NCBI GenBank assembly: GCA_016180575.1
Contig: JACPAY010000008.1
Coordinates: forward strand, 14,234-78,233
Direction: 5' to 3'
Origin: Candidatus Omnitrophota bacterium
GTDB lineage: Bacteria > Omnitrophota > Gorgyraeia > Aquiviventales > Aquiviventaceae
DNA length: 64,000 bases
Shown: positions 54,056 to 63,161 of the stretch, one piece after another
Layout: each line of letters begins with the position of its first letter
Numbering within the stretch: the first letter of the stretch is position 1
Made by a program: the position numbers and the translations under genes
The notes under the pieces: model-generated
Seen by the model: only the letters and a program-made list of their open reading frames with translations
What the model was told of the DNA's origin: nothing
The model's database searches: none

Positions 54056-54810
54056 ACCATCGCGGAAATTCGCAGGGGGCGCCGGGCCGGGCGGCCCCCG
54101 AAGCCTGCGTGGCCAGGCTCTCGCTCTACGTGCGGGAGCTGACACGGCTTGGGGCCAAGCGGATCGGCTTCGTCTCGTCGCGGCGCCTGGCGCAGCAGCT
54201 GGGCCTGACGGATGCGCAGGTGCGGCGGGACCTCAGCTATTTCGGGCAGTTCGGCACGAGCGGCCGCGGCTACGAGGTGCAGCGGCTCTATGACCGGCTG
54301 ACCTCGATCCTCGGCGTGTCCGGGCGGAGCTGGAACGTCGCGCTCGCCGGGGTGGGCAACCTCGGCTCGGCGCTCCTGGCCTACCAGGGATTCCGGGAGC
54401 GCGGCTTCTTGTTCCGCGTCGCCGTCGACACCGATCCCCAGAAGATCGGGCGCGCCATCCAGGGCCTCGTCGTTGCGCCCTCGCGGCAGCTGCCGGCGCT
54501 GGTCAAGCAGCATGAGATCCAGATCGGCGTGCTGGCGGTGCCGGTCGAGGCGGCGCAGGCGGTCTGCCGGCAGTTCATCGAGAGCGGGGTGCGCGCCATC
54601 GTCAATTTCGCGCCGGTGCACCTCGAGGTGCCCCCGTCGGTCCGCCTGCAGGTGGTGGACCTGGCGGCGGAGCTTGAGCGCCTCGCGTTCCACCTGGCGA
54701 GGACCACGACCCCGCCACCCGAGCCCGAACCGTGGCCGGGGGCGGGATGTCGCCCCCCGCGGAGCGTAGAACAGCAGGCGCGGCGGGCGTATCCGGGGGG
54801 CTCCACATGA
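54043..54810 (+). CDS. rex: Redox-sensing transcriptional repressor Rex
   Basis: In-frame ATG at 54043. RLSLYVRELTRL...SSRRLAQQLGLTDAQVRRDLSYFGQFGTSGRGY (winged helix), then a Rossmann GVGNLGSAL. Has a Pro-rich tail. Confidence 0.88.
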   Translation: MARVNHRGNSQGAPGRAAPEACVARLSLYVRELTRLGAKRIGFVSSRRLAQQLGLTDAQVRRDLSYFGQFGTSGRGYEVQRLYDRLTSILGVSGRSWNVALAGVGNLGSALLAYQGFRERGFLFRVAVDTDPQKIGRAIQGLVVAPSRQLPALVKQHEIQIGVLAVPVEAAQAVCRQFIESGVRAIVNFAPVHLEVPPSVRLQVVDLAAELERLAFHLARTTTPPPEPEPWPGAGCRPPRSVEQQARRAYPGGST

Positions 54811-55628
54811 CTATGGGCACGGCGCAGGCGGCGCGAGCGGTCAGGGCCGAACCGGCGCCGGATGCGCTCGCCCTCGATGCCAAGCGGCCGTTCATCCAGC
54901 GCCTCTTCACGCGCATCGCGCCGCGCTACGATTGGTTTAACCGCCTCGCGAGCTGCGGGCTGGACCGACGCTGGCGGCGACAGACGCTCGCCTGGGGCGA
55001 TGTCGGACCGGGGCAGCGGGTGCTGGATGTCTGCGCCGGGACCGGCGACCTCGCCCTCCTCTGCGCGCGGCGCCAGCGGGGTGACTCCCCCGCAATGCGG
55101 GGGAGATGGCGAAGCCAGAGGGGGGCCGCCCCCGGCGAGGGGGAGGGCACCGTGGTCGGGATCGACCTGAACCGGGAGATGCTCGCGCGCGCCCAGCGCA
55201 AACAGCGTGCGCGCCGGCTGCCCGTCAGCTGGGTGGAGGGCGACGCCGAGGCGCTGCCGTTTCCCGACGGCAGCTTCGACCGGGTGCTGATCGGCTTCTC
55301 CACGCGGAACCTGAGCGACCTCATGGGGGGCCTGCGCGAGATGGTCCGGGTGCTGCGGCCGGGAGGCCGGCTGCTCATCTTGGAAACCGGACGGCCACGC
55401 CACCCCGTGGTGCGGGCGGGCTACCAGCTCTTTCTCTTCACGGCGGCCAGGGCCATCGGCTTCCTGTTGACCGGCCGGGTGTGGCCGTTCACCTATCTGG
55501 CAAGATCCGTGCAGCGCTTCCTCGCGCCCGAGGAGATGGTGGCGCGGCTGGCCTCCCTGAACACCGAGGCGCGCTACGTGCCACTCTCGCACGGGCTGGC
55601 CAGCCTCTACCTGGCGGTGAAACGATGA
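54807..55628 (+). CDS. ubiE: Demethylmenaquinone / ubiquinone C-methyltransferase (UbiE/MenG family) with an internal insertion
   Basis: In-frame ATG at 54807 with an ATGA overlap. FTRIAPRYDWFNRLAS, VLDVCAGTGDLA, FPDGSFD, LRPGGRLLILE. Confidence 0.85.
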   Translation: MTMGTAQAARAVRAEPAPDALALDAKRPFIQRLFTRIAPRYDWFNRLASCGLDRRWRRQTLAWGDVGPGQRVLDVCAGTGDLALLCARRQRGDSPAMRGRWRSQRGAAPGEGEGTVVGIDLNREMLARAQRKQRARRLPVSWVEGDAEALPFPDGSFDRVLIGFSTRNLSDLMGGLREMVRVLRPGGRLLILETGRPRHPVVRAGYQLFLFTAARAIGFLLTGRVWPFTYLARSVQRFLAPEEMVARLASLNTEARYVPLSHGLASLYLAVKR

Positions 55629-55654
55629 GACGCTGTTCTGTCGAAAACCACCGT

Positions 55655-55751
55655 GTGGCCGCGGGTCCTGCCGCGCCGCCACCCCGCCGGCTGTCCTCGG
55701 CCTCGTCGGCCTGCGGGCAGGCGGCGGGGGCCCCGGCTCCGCGTCACCCGC
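55655..55751 (+). repeat. Family-2 structured repeat, copy b
   Basis: GTGGCCGCGGGTCCTGCCGCGCCGCCACCCCGCCGG...CGGCGGGGGCCCCGGCTCCGCGTCACCCGC. A paired C/G here replaces the T/A of copy a in the long-range stem. Confidence 0.8.
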
Positions 55752-55782
55752 GGCGACACTTTTTGAGCAGGCGCTGGAGCCG

Positions 55783-56724
55783 GTGCAGGCGGACCTGGAG
55801 GCGGTGGCTGAGCGGATGCTCTCGCAGGTCGCCGATCCGGTGGTGCGCAAGGTCGTCTATCTCATCATCGCCGGCGGCAAGCGGCTGCGGCCGGCGCTCG
55901 TCCTGCTGGCGGGCGCCTCGGGCCCGTCTGCCCGCCGCGACGCGCTGCTCGACGCGGCGACGGCGGTGGAGCTCATCCACACGGCCACGCTGATCCACGA
56001 CGACATCATCGACCAATCGCCGCTGCGCCGCTCACAGCCGGCGTTCCACCACCGGTGGGGCACGGAGCGGGCGGTCCTGATGGGCGACTACCTCTATGCC
56101 ACCGCCTTCACCCTGCTCGCGCGCCTGGACGAGCCCGAGGCCATCCGGATCATGGCGGACGTCTGCCGGCAGCTCTGCCGCGGGGAGCTGCGCGAGGTCG
56201 AGGCGCGCTATCGCCTGGACCTCACCGAGGAGGAGTACTTCGGCATCATCGAGGACAAGACCGCGTCGCTGATCGGCGGCTGCTGCCGCAGCGGCGCCAT
56301 CCTTGGCGGCTGCCCGCCCGAGGCGATCGACCGGCTTGCCGCCTTCGGCGTCAGCTTCGGCCTGGCGTTTCAGATCATCGATGACTGCCTGGACCTGACC
56401 GGCGACCCGCGGGAGCTGGGCAAGTCCATCCATGCGGACCTCGATAAGGGGGCACTCTCACTGCCGATCATCTACCTGACCCAGATGATGCCGGAGCGGG
56501 CGAGACGCCGGCTCTTCGCGCCGCTGCGGACGCGCGCATCCGACCCGGCGTTTTTGGCCCGCGTCGCGAAGGAGGCCATCGCGTCGGGAGCCGTCGCGAA
56601 GGCGCAGGCGCGCGCCCACACGGTGATCCAGCCCGCGCTGGAGGCGCTCGCCGGCGTCCCCATGAACGGGCTGATGCGCGCCTATCAGCGCCTGGCCGCG
56701 TACGTCACCTCACGGAGGGCATGA
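55783..56724 (+). CDS. Long-chain polyprenyl diphosphate synthase (IspB/HepT-like)
   Basis: ORF 55783..56724 with a GTG start. First DDxxD is LIHDDIIDQS and the second is QIIDDCLD. GKRLRPALVLL. Confidence 0.88.
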   Translation: MQADLEAVAERMLSQVADPVVRKVVYLIIAGGKRLRPALVLLAGASGPSARRDALLDAATAVELIHTATLIHDDIIDQSPLRRSQPAFHHRWGTERAVLMGDYLYATAFTLLARLDEPEAIRIMADVCRQLCRGELREVEARYRLDLTEEEYFGIIEDKTASLIGGCCRSGAILGGCPPEAIDRLAAFGVSFGLAFQIIDDCLDLTGDPRELGKSIHADLDKGALSLPIIYLTQMMPERARRRLFAPLRTRASDPAFLARVAKEAIASGAVAKAQARAHTVIQPALEALAGVPMNGLMRAYQRLAAYVTSRRA

Positions 56725-56882
56725 CGATGAACATCGGATGGGGGGAGCTGGTCGTGGTGTTCGGCATCGTGCTGCTGATCGTCGGCGCGCGCCGCCTGCC
56801 CGAGATCGGCCGCTCGCTCGGCGACGCGGTCCGGGAGTTTCAGCGCGCGCTCCGGGGGCGCGGATCCAAGAAGGAGCGATGA
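56721..56882 (+). CDS. tatA: Twin-arginine translocase subunit TatA/E (53 aa, below the ORF-track cutoff)
   Basis: [46 protein letters not shown]... matches TatA (TM helix, hinge FG, amphipathic helix). ATGA overlap upstream. Confidence 0.85.
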   Translation: MTMNIGWGELVVVFGIVLLIVGARRLPEIGRSLGDAVREFQRALRGRGSKKER

Positions 56883-56889
56883 CTCACGG

Positions 56890-57462
56890 ATGAACGGCAC
56901 GACACCTGCGCACCCGGCGACGCCACCGTCGCCTGCCCGGCCGGGGCCCTCCGCTGGCCTCTGGCGGCGGCTCGAGGAGCGGTTCGGCCGGCGGCAGTTC
57001 CTGCTGCAATCAGGCTGGGCGTTCTTCTGGGTCTTCCTCGGGGGATGGCTGCTGTCCAACCTGCGCTATCTCTTCCCGAACATCCTCTACGAGCCCACCC
57101 TGTCGTTCAAGGCGGGCCGGCCTGAGGAGTACCCCCTGGGAGTGAGCGAGAAGCTGAAGAAGGCGCATCGCGTCTGGGTGGTGCGCAACGAGGCGGGCTT
57201 CTACGCCTTCTGGGCGCGGTGCACGCACCTTGGCTGCACGCCGAACTGGTTCGACGCGGAGGCGCGCTTCAAGTGCCCCTGCCACGGCTCCAACTTCAAC
57301 AAGGACGGGGACGTCGTCGCGGGGCCCGCCCCGAAGCCGCTGTGGCGGTGCGCCCTCCAGCTCGCCGATGACGGGCAGCTCCAGATCGACAAGGCGCGCC
57401 TCGAGAACCGGCCGGGGCAGCGGGAACAGGGCGAGTTCTTTTTGCCGTACACGGCGGCATGA
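56890..57462 (+). CDS. Rieske [2Fe-2S] subunit of a cytochrome bc-type complex (Tat signal)
   Basis: ORF 56890..57462. RRQFLL twin-arginine motif, CTHLGC and CPCHGS Rieske boxes. Confidence 0.9.
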   Translation: MNGTTPAHPATPPSPARPGPSAGLWRRLEERFGRRQFLLQSGWAFFWVFLGGWLLSNLRYLFPNILYEPTLSFKAGRPEEYPLGVSEKLKKAHRVWVVRNEAGFYAFWARCTHLGCTPNWFDAEARFKCPCHGSNFNKDGDVVAGPAPKPLWRCALQLADDGQLQIDKARLENRPGQREQGEFFLPYTAA

Positions 57463-59219
57463 TGCCCGTCAAGCAATATCTTAAGAAGACTAAAGTTTGG
57501 AAGTCGATTTTCCGCCACGATTTCACCGATACGCCGCGCACGCGGCTCCTGCGCGTCTTCGGCAACGTCTTCCTCCATCTCCATCCGGTCCGGATCGCGA
57601 AGGACGCCATCCGCGTCACCTACACCTGGGGGCAGGGAGGCCTCTCGTTCTACCTCTTCCTCGTCCTCATCGTGACCGGCATCCTGCTCATGTTCTACTA
57701 CCGGCCGGCGAGCAGTTTGGCCTACCGCGACATCAAGGACCTCTCCTTCGCCCTGACGCTGGGCCAGCTCCTGCGCAACATGCACCGCTGGGCCGCGCAC
57801 CTCATGGTCGTGACGGTGATTTTCCACATGGTCCGCGTCTTCCTCACCGGGGCCTACAAGCCGCCCCGGGAGTACAACTGGGTGGTCGGCGTCCTCCTGC
57901 TCGTCATGACGCTCTTCCTCAGCTACACCGGCTACCTCCTGCCGTGGGACCAGCTCGCGCTCTGGGCGGTGACCGTCGGTGCGCAGATGGCCGCCAACTC
58001 GCCGATGCTCGGCAGCGAGGGGCCGTTCCGCCTCCCGTTCATCACGACGTCCAACGACGCCCGGTTCGGGCTCATCGGCGGTACGGTCATCGGGGACGCC
58101 ACGCTGATCCGGTTCTACGTCCTCCACTGCATCGCCGTGCCGTTCATCTTCTCGGTGTTCCTCTGCGTCCACCTCTGGCGCGTCCGGAAGGACAGCTTCT
58201 CCAAGCAGACCGGGGAGAAGGTGGACGTCTGGCCGCACCTCATCTCGCGCGAGTTCCTGGCCGCCCTCCTCATCACGGTCATCCTGTTCGTCTGGTCGAT
58301 CGTGATGAACGCGCCGCTGGAGGCCGAGGCCAACCTGAACGTCACGCCGAACCCCTCGAAGGCGCCCTGGTACTTCGTCGGGCTCCAGGAGCTGCTCGTT
58401 TACTTCGACCCCTGGATCGCGGGCGTGGTGCTGCCGACGCTCATCATCGTGGGCCTCATGGCGATCCCCTACGTGGACACCAACCCCAAGGGGATCGGCT
58501 ACTGGGCCAGGATGCGGTGGCGGCGCATCGGGGGACTGCCCGTCTGGTACCCGGAGGAGCGGCCGCTTGCGGTCTCGGTCTTCATGCTGGGGATCGTCAT
58601 GTGGTTCGTCCTGATCTTCATCGGGACCTACTGCCGCGGCCCGAACTGGGAGTGGTACTGGCCGTGGGAACCGTGGAGCCACCGCCGCATCGCCAAGCTG
58701 ACGCTGAAGAGCCTCCCCAACCTGTGGGGCGGCCTGCTCCTCGCCGGCTATTTCCTGTTCGGCGTCCCCGTGCCGGCAAAGGCCAAGCGCTTCTCCGGCG
58801 CCCTGCACCTGGGCCTGGGCCTGCTGATGTCGGCGGCGCTGTTCGTGCCGCTGCTCATCGCCCCGGATGCCGATTACCCGCTGCGCAGCCGCTCCCAGAC
58901 CCTCTTCGAGGCGCTGGGCCGCTCCACCAACGCCCCGGTCGTCGCGGGGATGTACCAGCTCGTGCAGCGGGGCGGGCCGTGGATCGGCTACCCGCTCATC
59001 GCGGGGCTCATCGGCCTCGTGGGCCTCGCGCTGGGGTGGATGGGGACCCGGTTCGCGCGGCTCAAGGACCGGCTCTACGAGGGCCTCGGGCCCCTCAAGT
59101 ACGCCATCGTGATGGCCCTGCTGCTCATGATGATGGGCGTCCTGGGCAAGATCGCGCTGCGGCTGCTCTTCGGGCTCAAGTACCTGCTCAGCCTGCCCGC
59201 GTTTAACTTCAACATCTGA
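57459..59219 (+). CDS. Cytochrome b (fused b6-like and subunit IV-like parts with a long C-terminal membrane extension)
   Basis: ORF 57459..59219, 586 aa. [23 protein letters not shown] and [14 protein letters not shown] haem-ligand helices, [15 protein letters not shown]-like region NPSKAPWYF. Confidence 0.88.
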   Translation: MMPVKQYLKKTKVWKSIFRHDFTDTPRTRLLRVFGNVFLHLHPVRIAKDAIRVTYTWGQGGLSFYLFLVLIVTGILLMFYYRPASSLAYRDIKDLSFALTLGQLLRNMHRWAAHLMVVTVIFHMVRVFLTGAYKPPREYNWVVGVLLLVMTLFLSYTGYLLPWDQLALWAVTVGAQMAANSPMLGSEGPFRLPFITTSNDARFGLIGGTVIGDATLIRFYVLHCIAVPFIFSVFLCVHLWRVRKDSFSKQTGEKVDVWPHLISREFLAALLITVILFVWSIVMNAPLEAEANLNVTPNPSKAPWYFVGLQELLVYFDPWIAGVVLPTLIIVGLMAIPYVDTNPKGIGYWARMRWRRIGGLPVWYPEERPLAVSVFMLGIVMWFVLIFIGTYCRGPNWEWYWPWEPWSHRRIAKLTLKSLPNLWGGLLLAGYFLFGVPVPAKAKRFSGALHLGLGLLMSAALFVPLLIAPDADYPLRSRSQTLFEALGRSTNAPVVAGMYQLVQRGGPWIGYPLIAGLIGLVGLALGWMGTRFARLKDRLYEGLGPLKYAIVMALLLMMMGVLGKIALRLLFGLKYLLSLPAFNFNI

Positions 59220-60421
59220 TGAAGCGCGTCCTCTTCCTCCTGTTCACATGGAGCCTCGCGGCGCTGTTCGCTGTGGCCATCTGGCGGGACACCGACCGGG
59301 AATGGACCCGGACCCAGCGGCGGTTCTTCAAGACGCTCGCGAAGGGCGAGCGGCGGGGTCTTTCGCCCGGCATCAAGCAGCTCATCATCTCGGACCTGGA
59401 CCGGGTGGACCGGTGCACCACCTGCCACCTCGCCGTGGATAAGCCGCAGCTGGCGCTCGCGGAGGAGCCCTTCACCGCCCATCCGGGCCAGATCCTCCAG
59501 TCGCACCCGCCGGAGAAGTTCGGCTGCACCGTCTGCCACGGCGGGCAGGGCCTGGCGACGGAGGCGGAGGCCGCGCACGGGGACGTCAAGCACTGGGAGG
59601 AGCCGCTGCTGCGCGGGCCGCTGGTCCAGGCCTCCTGCGCGCGGTGCCATGGCGATGTCCAGGCCATCGCCGCGCACGCCCCGCTCGCCATCGAGGGCGA
59701 GGCGCTCTTCCGCGCCAAAGGCTGCTACGGCTGCCACGCGGTCCGGGACTTCGGGCAGACCGTCTCCCAGGACCTCACGGCGATCGGCTCGAAGTCCTAC
59801 CTGCTGATGGAGGCCGATTTCGAGATGATGGACCCGCCGCACGACCGCATCCAATGGCTGACGAGCAAGCTGCGCCATCCGCGCCGGCTCAACCCCGGCG
59901 TGCGGCCGGAGCACCTCCCGCCCGGCGAGGAGGAGGTGTTCCCGAGCGCGATGCCGCGGTTCGGGCTCGCGGATGATGAGGTCCGTGCGCTCGCCGTGTA
60001 CCTGTTGAGCCTGACCGAGTTCAACCCGCCGGTGTCCTATACCACCCCGGCCGCGCCCCCCGCGCCCGCGCCGGTCTACTCTTCAGCCGAAGCGCGGGGC
60101 CAGGCGGTGTTCGAGCGGTTCGGCTGCGCCGGCTGCCACGGCAGCGGCGGCCTCGGCGGGCGGCATAACTGGAACGGCGGCCTCGGGCAGGAGATCCCCT
60201 CGCTCCTGCACGTCAAGGCCTATTATGGCCAGGACATCGAGAGCCTGAAGGAGCTCATCCGGCGCGGCCGCCAGCCGGTGCCGCGGGCCGATCCCGCGCG
60301 GCCCCGCACCCTCCTCTATATGCCGGCCTGGGCGGACCGGATCGCAGAGGAGGACCTCGACGCGCTGGTCGCGTACTTGCTCTCGTTGTCCGACCGGTTA
60401 CCGCAAGCCGCGAGCGAATGA
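59219..60421 (+). CDS. Membrane-anchored pentahaem c-type cytochrome
   Basis: ORF 59219..60421. Five CxxCH motifs (CTTCH, CTVCH, CARCH, CYGCH, CAGCH) and an N-terminal TM helix. 1-nt stop/start overlap with cytochrome b. Confidence 0.85.
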   Translation: MKRVLFLLFTWSLAALFAVAIWRDTDREWTRTQRRFFKTLAKGERRGLSPGIKQLIISDLDRVDRCTTCHLAVDKPQLALAEEPFTAHPGQILQSHPPEKFGCTVCHGGQGLATEAEAAHGDVKHWEEPLLRGPLVQASCARCHGDVQAIAAHAPLAIEGEALFRAKGCYGCHAVRDFGQTVSQDLTAIGSKSYLLMEADFEMMDPPHDRIQWLTSKLRHPRRLNPGVRPEHLPPGEEEVFPSAMPRFGLADDEVRALAVYLLSLTEFNPPVSYTTPAAPPAPAPVYSSAEARGQAVFERFGCAGCHGSGGLGGRHNWNGGLGQEIPSLLHVKAYYGQDIESLKELIRRGRQPVPRADPARPRTLLYMPAWADRIAEEDLDALVAYLLSLSDRLPQAASE

Positions 60422-60426
60422 GGGAG

Positions 60427-60483
60427 TATCCGTATCTGATACGGTATAATAACATTCTTAGTTTACCGTATCAGATACGGATA
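60427..60483 (+). promoter_or_regulatory. Perfect 20-bp inverted repeat (two CCGTATCnGATACGG palindromes) flanking a TATAAT box upstream of mnmA
   Basis: TATCCGTATCTGATACGGTA (60427-60446) and TACCGTATCAGATACGGATA (60464-60483), with TATAAT at 60445-60450. AT-rich 17-nt spacer. Confidence 0.6.
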
Positions 60484-60490
60484 TGCGGAT

Positions 60491-61579
60491 ATGCTGATGC
60501 GTGAGCGGGTCCTTGTGGCCATGAGCGGCGGGGTGGACAGCTCCGTCGCAGCCGCCGTCCTCCAGGAGGCGGGCTTTGAGGTGCTCGGGGTCACCCTGCA
60601 GCTCTGGGGAAAGGACGTGTGCGTCGGAAGCGGGACCCGGCTGTGCTGCTCGGTGCGGGACGCCCTCGATGCCCGGGCGGTCGCCAAGCGGCTCGGCATC
60701 GGCCACGAGACGTTGGAGCTGGTCGAGGCGTTCCGCACGCACGTCATCGACTACTTCATCGAGGGCTACCGGCAGGGGCTGACCCCGAACCCGTGCATCG
60801 CCTGCAACGACCACATCAAGTTCGGCGCGCTGCTCGCGCACGCCGAGGCGCGGGGTGTGTCGCTGGTGGCCACCGGCCACTACGCGCGGTCGGAGTACGA
60901 TGCCGCGCGAGGGCGCTACACGCTCCAGCGGGCCGCCGATCCGTCGAAGGATCAGTCTTACGTGCTCTTCAACCTCACACAGACCCAGCTGGCCCGCGCG
61001 CGGTTTCCGCTCGGCGCGATGCGCAAGGCCGAGGTGCGGGAGCTGGCGCGCCGGCTTGGCCTGGCCACGGCGGACAAACCGGACAGCCAGGACGTCTGTT
61101 TCGTGCGCGACCGGAACAAGAACGGCTTTCTCCGCCAGGCCGTCCAGGAGAGCCAGGCACCAGGCCCGATCACGGACACCGATGGGAAGGTCCTCGGCAC
61201 CCATGCGGGGCTGCTCGGCTACACCATCGGCCAGCGCGAGGGGCTGGGGATCGCCGCCGGCAGGCCGCTCTACGTCGTGGCGATCGACCAGCCCAGGAAC
61301 CGGCTGGTCGTCGGGTCGCGGGATGACCTGCTGCGCGATGCGCTGGTCGCGGAGCGGATGAACTGGGTCTCGGCGCCGCCCCCGCGGCAGCCGCTGCGGG
61401 CGCAGGCGAAGATCCGCTCGCGCCACGAGCCGGCGGCGGCGTGGGTGCATCCCGCAGGGGAGGGCGCAGTCACGGTGCAGTTCGATGAGCCTCAGCCCGC
61501 CGTCACGCCGGGCCAGGCGGTGGTGCTCTATGACGGCGACACGGTGCTCGGCGGCGGATGGATCGCGCGCGATGCCTGA
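60491..61579 (+). CDS. mnmA: tRNA-specific 2-thiouridylase
   Basis: ORF 60491..61579. VAMSGGVDSSVAA PP-loop; catalytic Cys contexts (NPCIACN, QDVCF); KDQSY. Confidence 0.94.
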   Translation: MLMRERVLVAMSGGVDSSVAAAVLQEAGFEVLGVTLQLWGKDVCVGSGTRLCCSVRDALDARAVAKRLGIGHETLELVEAFRTHVIDYFIEGYRQGLTPNPCIACNDHIKFGALLAHAEARGVSLVATGHYARSEYDAARGRYTLQRAADPSKDQSYVLFNLTQTQLARARFPLGAMRKAEVRELARRLGLATADKPDSQDVCFVRDRNKNGFLRQAVQESQAPGPITDTDGKVLGTHAGLLGYTIGQREGLGIAAGRPLYVVAIDQPRNRLVVGSRDDLLRDALVAERMNWVSAPPPRQPLRAQAKIRSRHEPAAAWVHPAGEGAVTVQFDEPQPAVTPGQAVVLYDGDTVLGGGWIARDA

Positions 61580-62432
61580 CCTCGACCCAGAGCTCGGAGA
61601 ACAACTGCGCCGCGTGGAAGAGACGCTCGCCGGGTTCGGCCGAGCGATCGTGGCGTTTTCCGGGGGCGTGGACTCCACCCTGCTCGCGGTGCTGGCCCGC
61701 CGGGTGCTGGGGAAAGCCAACACGCTGGCGGTGACCGCCGACTCGCCCTCGCTGGCCCGGGAGGATCTTGAGGAGGCGAGGCGGCTGGCGGCCCGGCTGG
61801 ACCTCGAGCACCTCGTCGCGGCCACGCGCGAGCTCGACAACCCGGCCTACCGGGCGAACGGTGAGGGGCGGTGCTTTTTCTGCAAGCGGGAGCTCTTCGA
61901 GACGCTGGCGTCGTTGGCCGCGTCGCGGGGAATTGCCGCGATCCTGTACGGCGCCATCGGCGATGACCAGGCGGCCGAGCGGCCGGGCCAGCGGGCCGCC
62001 GCCGCAGCCGGGGCGCGGGCGCCGCTGCAGGAGGCCGGGTTGACGAAGCCGCAGATCCGCGCGCTCGCGAAGGCCTGCGGGCTGCCCAACTGGGACCGCC
62101 CGCAGGACGCGTGCCTGGCCTCCCGCATCCCCCACGGGCACGAGGTGACCCCGGAGGCGCTGCGGCGGGTGGAAGCCGCGGAGGCGCTGGTGCGGGCGGC
62201 CGGCTTCCGGCAGGTGCGCGTGCGGGCCGCGGAGACGCATGCCCGCATCGAGGTGGGGCGTGATGAGGTCGCGCGGTTCCGCGATCCCGGGCTGCGCGCC
62301 GCAATCGCGCGGCAGCTCGAAGCGCTGGGGTTCGAGACGGTGGGGGTGGACCGCGCCGGCTACCGCCCGGGCGGCGCCGACCACGCGGCGCCCGACGAGG
62401 TCGCGCTGGATTCGATTGAGGCGCTCGCGTGA
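61572..62432 (+). CDS. larE: PP-loop ATP pyrophosphatase, LarE-type sulfur transferase
   Basis: In-frame ATG at 61572. VAFSGGVDSTLLA PP-loop, RCFFCKRELF, QDACLASRIP, ARIEV. Confidence 0.8.
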   Translation: MPDLDPELGEQLRRVEETLAGFGRAIVAFSGGVDSTLLAVLARRVLGKANTLAVTADSPSLAREDLEEARRLAARLDLEHLVAATRELDNPAYRANGEGRCFFCKRELFETLASLAASRGIAAILYGAIGDDQAAERPGQRAAAAAGARAPLQEAGLTKPQIRALAKACGLPNWDRPQDACLASRIPHGHEVTPEALRRVEAAEALVRAAGFRQVRVRAAETHARIEVGRDEVARFRDPGLRAAIARQLEALGFETVGVDRAGYRPGGADHAAPDEVALDSIEALA

Positions 62433-62444
62433 GTCGGGGAGTGG

Positions 62445-62568
62445 GGAGGGGGACCAGGGAGCCCCACCGGATCGCATGAGCATCAAGACGATTCCTGTTG
62501 GGGCGACCGATAGGGGGGAACCTTGGTTCCCCCCTATGGAGCAGCCCTTGGTTGACGACAGCTGCGAC
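62445..62568 (+). other. Structured non-coding spacer upstream of tRNA(CAT); shares blocks with 49968-50177
   Basis: GGAGGGGGACCAGGGAGCCCC (62445-62465). Hairpin ATAGGGGGGAACC/GGTTCCCCCCTAT (62510-62537). Then GGAGCAGCCCTTGGTTGACGACAGCTGCGAC up to the tRNA 5' end. Confidence 0.7.
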
Positions 62569-62642
62569 GGCGGTGTAGCTCAGCTGGTTAGAGCAGGGGA
62601 ATCATAATCCCAAGGTCGCAGGTTCGAATCCTGCCGCCGCCA
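62569..62642 (+). tRNA. tRNA with anticodon CAT (elongator Met or Ile2; not initiator, since 1:72 is G-C)
   Basis: Manual cloverleaf: acceptor GGCGGTG/CGCCGCC, D arm GCTC-AGCTGGTTA-GAGC, anticodon loop ATCATAA, T arm GCAGG-TTCGAAT-CCTGC. 74 nt, CCA not encoded. Confidence 0.85.
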
Positions 62643-62648
62643 TTCTTC

Positions 62649-63161
62649 ATGATCACAACGACACAACGCCGCGCGTTCACCCTGATCGAGATCCTCGTCG
62701 TGGTGGCCATCGTGGCGCTGCTGGCGACCATCGCGATCCCGCATCTCATCCGCTCGCGCATGGTGGCGAACGAGACGCGGGTCATCGGCCAGCTGCGCGA
62801 GCTGGCCAATGCCCTGATGATGTACCGGGTCGCCAACAACGCCTATCCGGACCAGTGGCAGGCCGACATGTACACCAACGCGGATCCGCACTACGGCCCC
62901 GAGATGTTCAACGTGGACATGCAGGGCGCAGAGTTCATCCAGCAGGGCTACCGGTACCGCTACGCGGATCCGGCCGGGCAGCCGGAGCCCCTGCTGACCT
63001 ACGCCCTCGCCGCGCGGCCGGTCGCGCTGAACCTGACGGGGACGCGGACCATCTGGGTCAATGACACCAATGAGATCTACCACTGCCTGGGGGAGAGCGC
63101 CTCGCCGACCCCTCCCGCCAACGCCACGACGATCAGCCAGGGCCCGCTGGCCTGTCCGTGA
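62649..63161 (+). CDS. Prepilin-type N-terminal methylation-domain protein (pilin / pseudopilin-like)
   Basis: ORF 62649..63161. MITTTQRRA then FTLIEILVVVAIVALLATIAIP, with Ala rather than Gly at -1, and a C-terminal Cys pair. Confidence 0.8.
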   Translation: MITTTQRRAFTLIEILVVVAIVALLATIAIPHLIRSRMVANETRVIGQLRELANALMMYRVANNAYPDQWQADMYTNADPHYGPEMFNVDMQGAEFIQQGYRYRYADPAGQPEPLLTYALAARPVALNLTGTRTIWVNDTNEIYHCLGESASPTPPANATTISQGPLACP

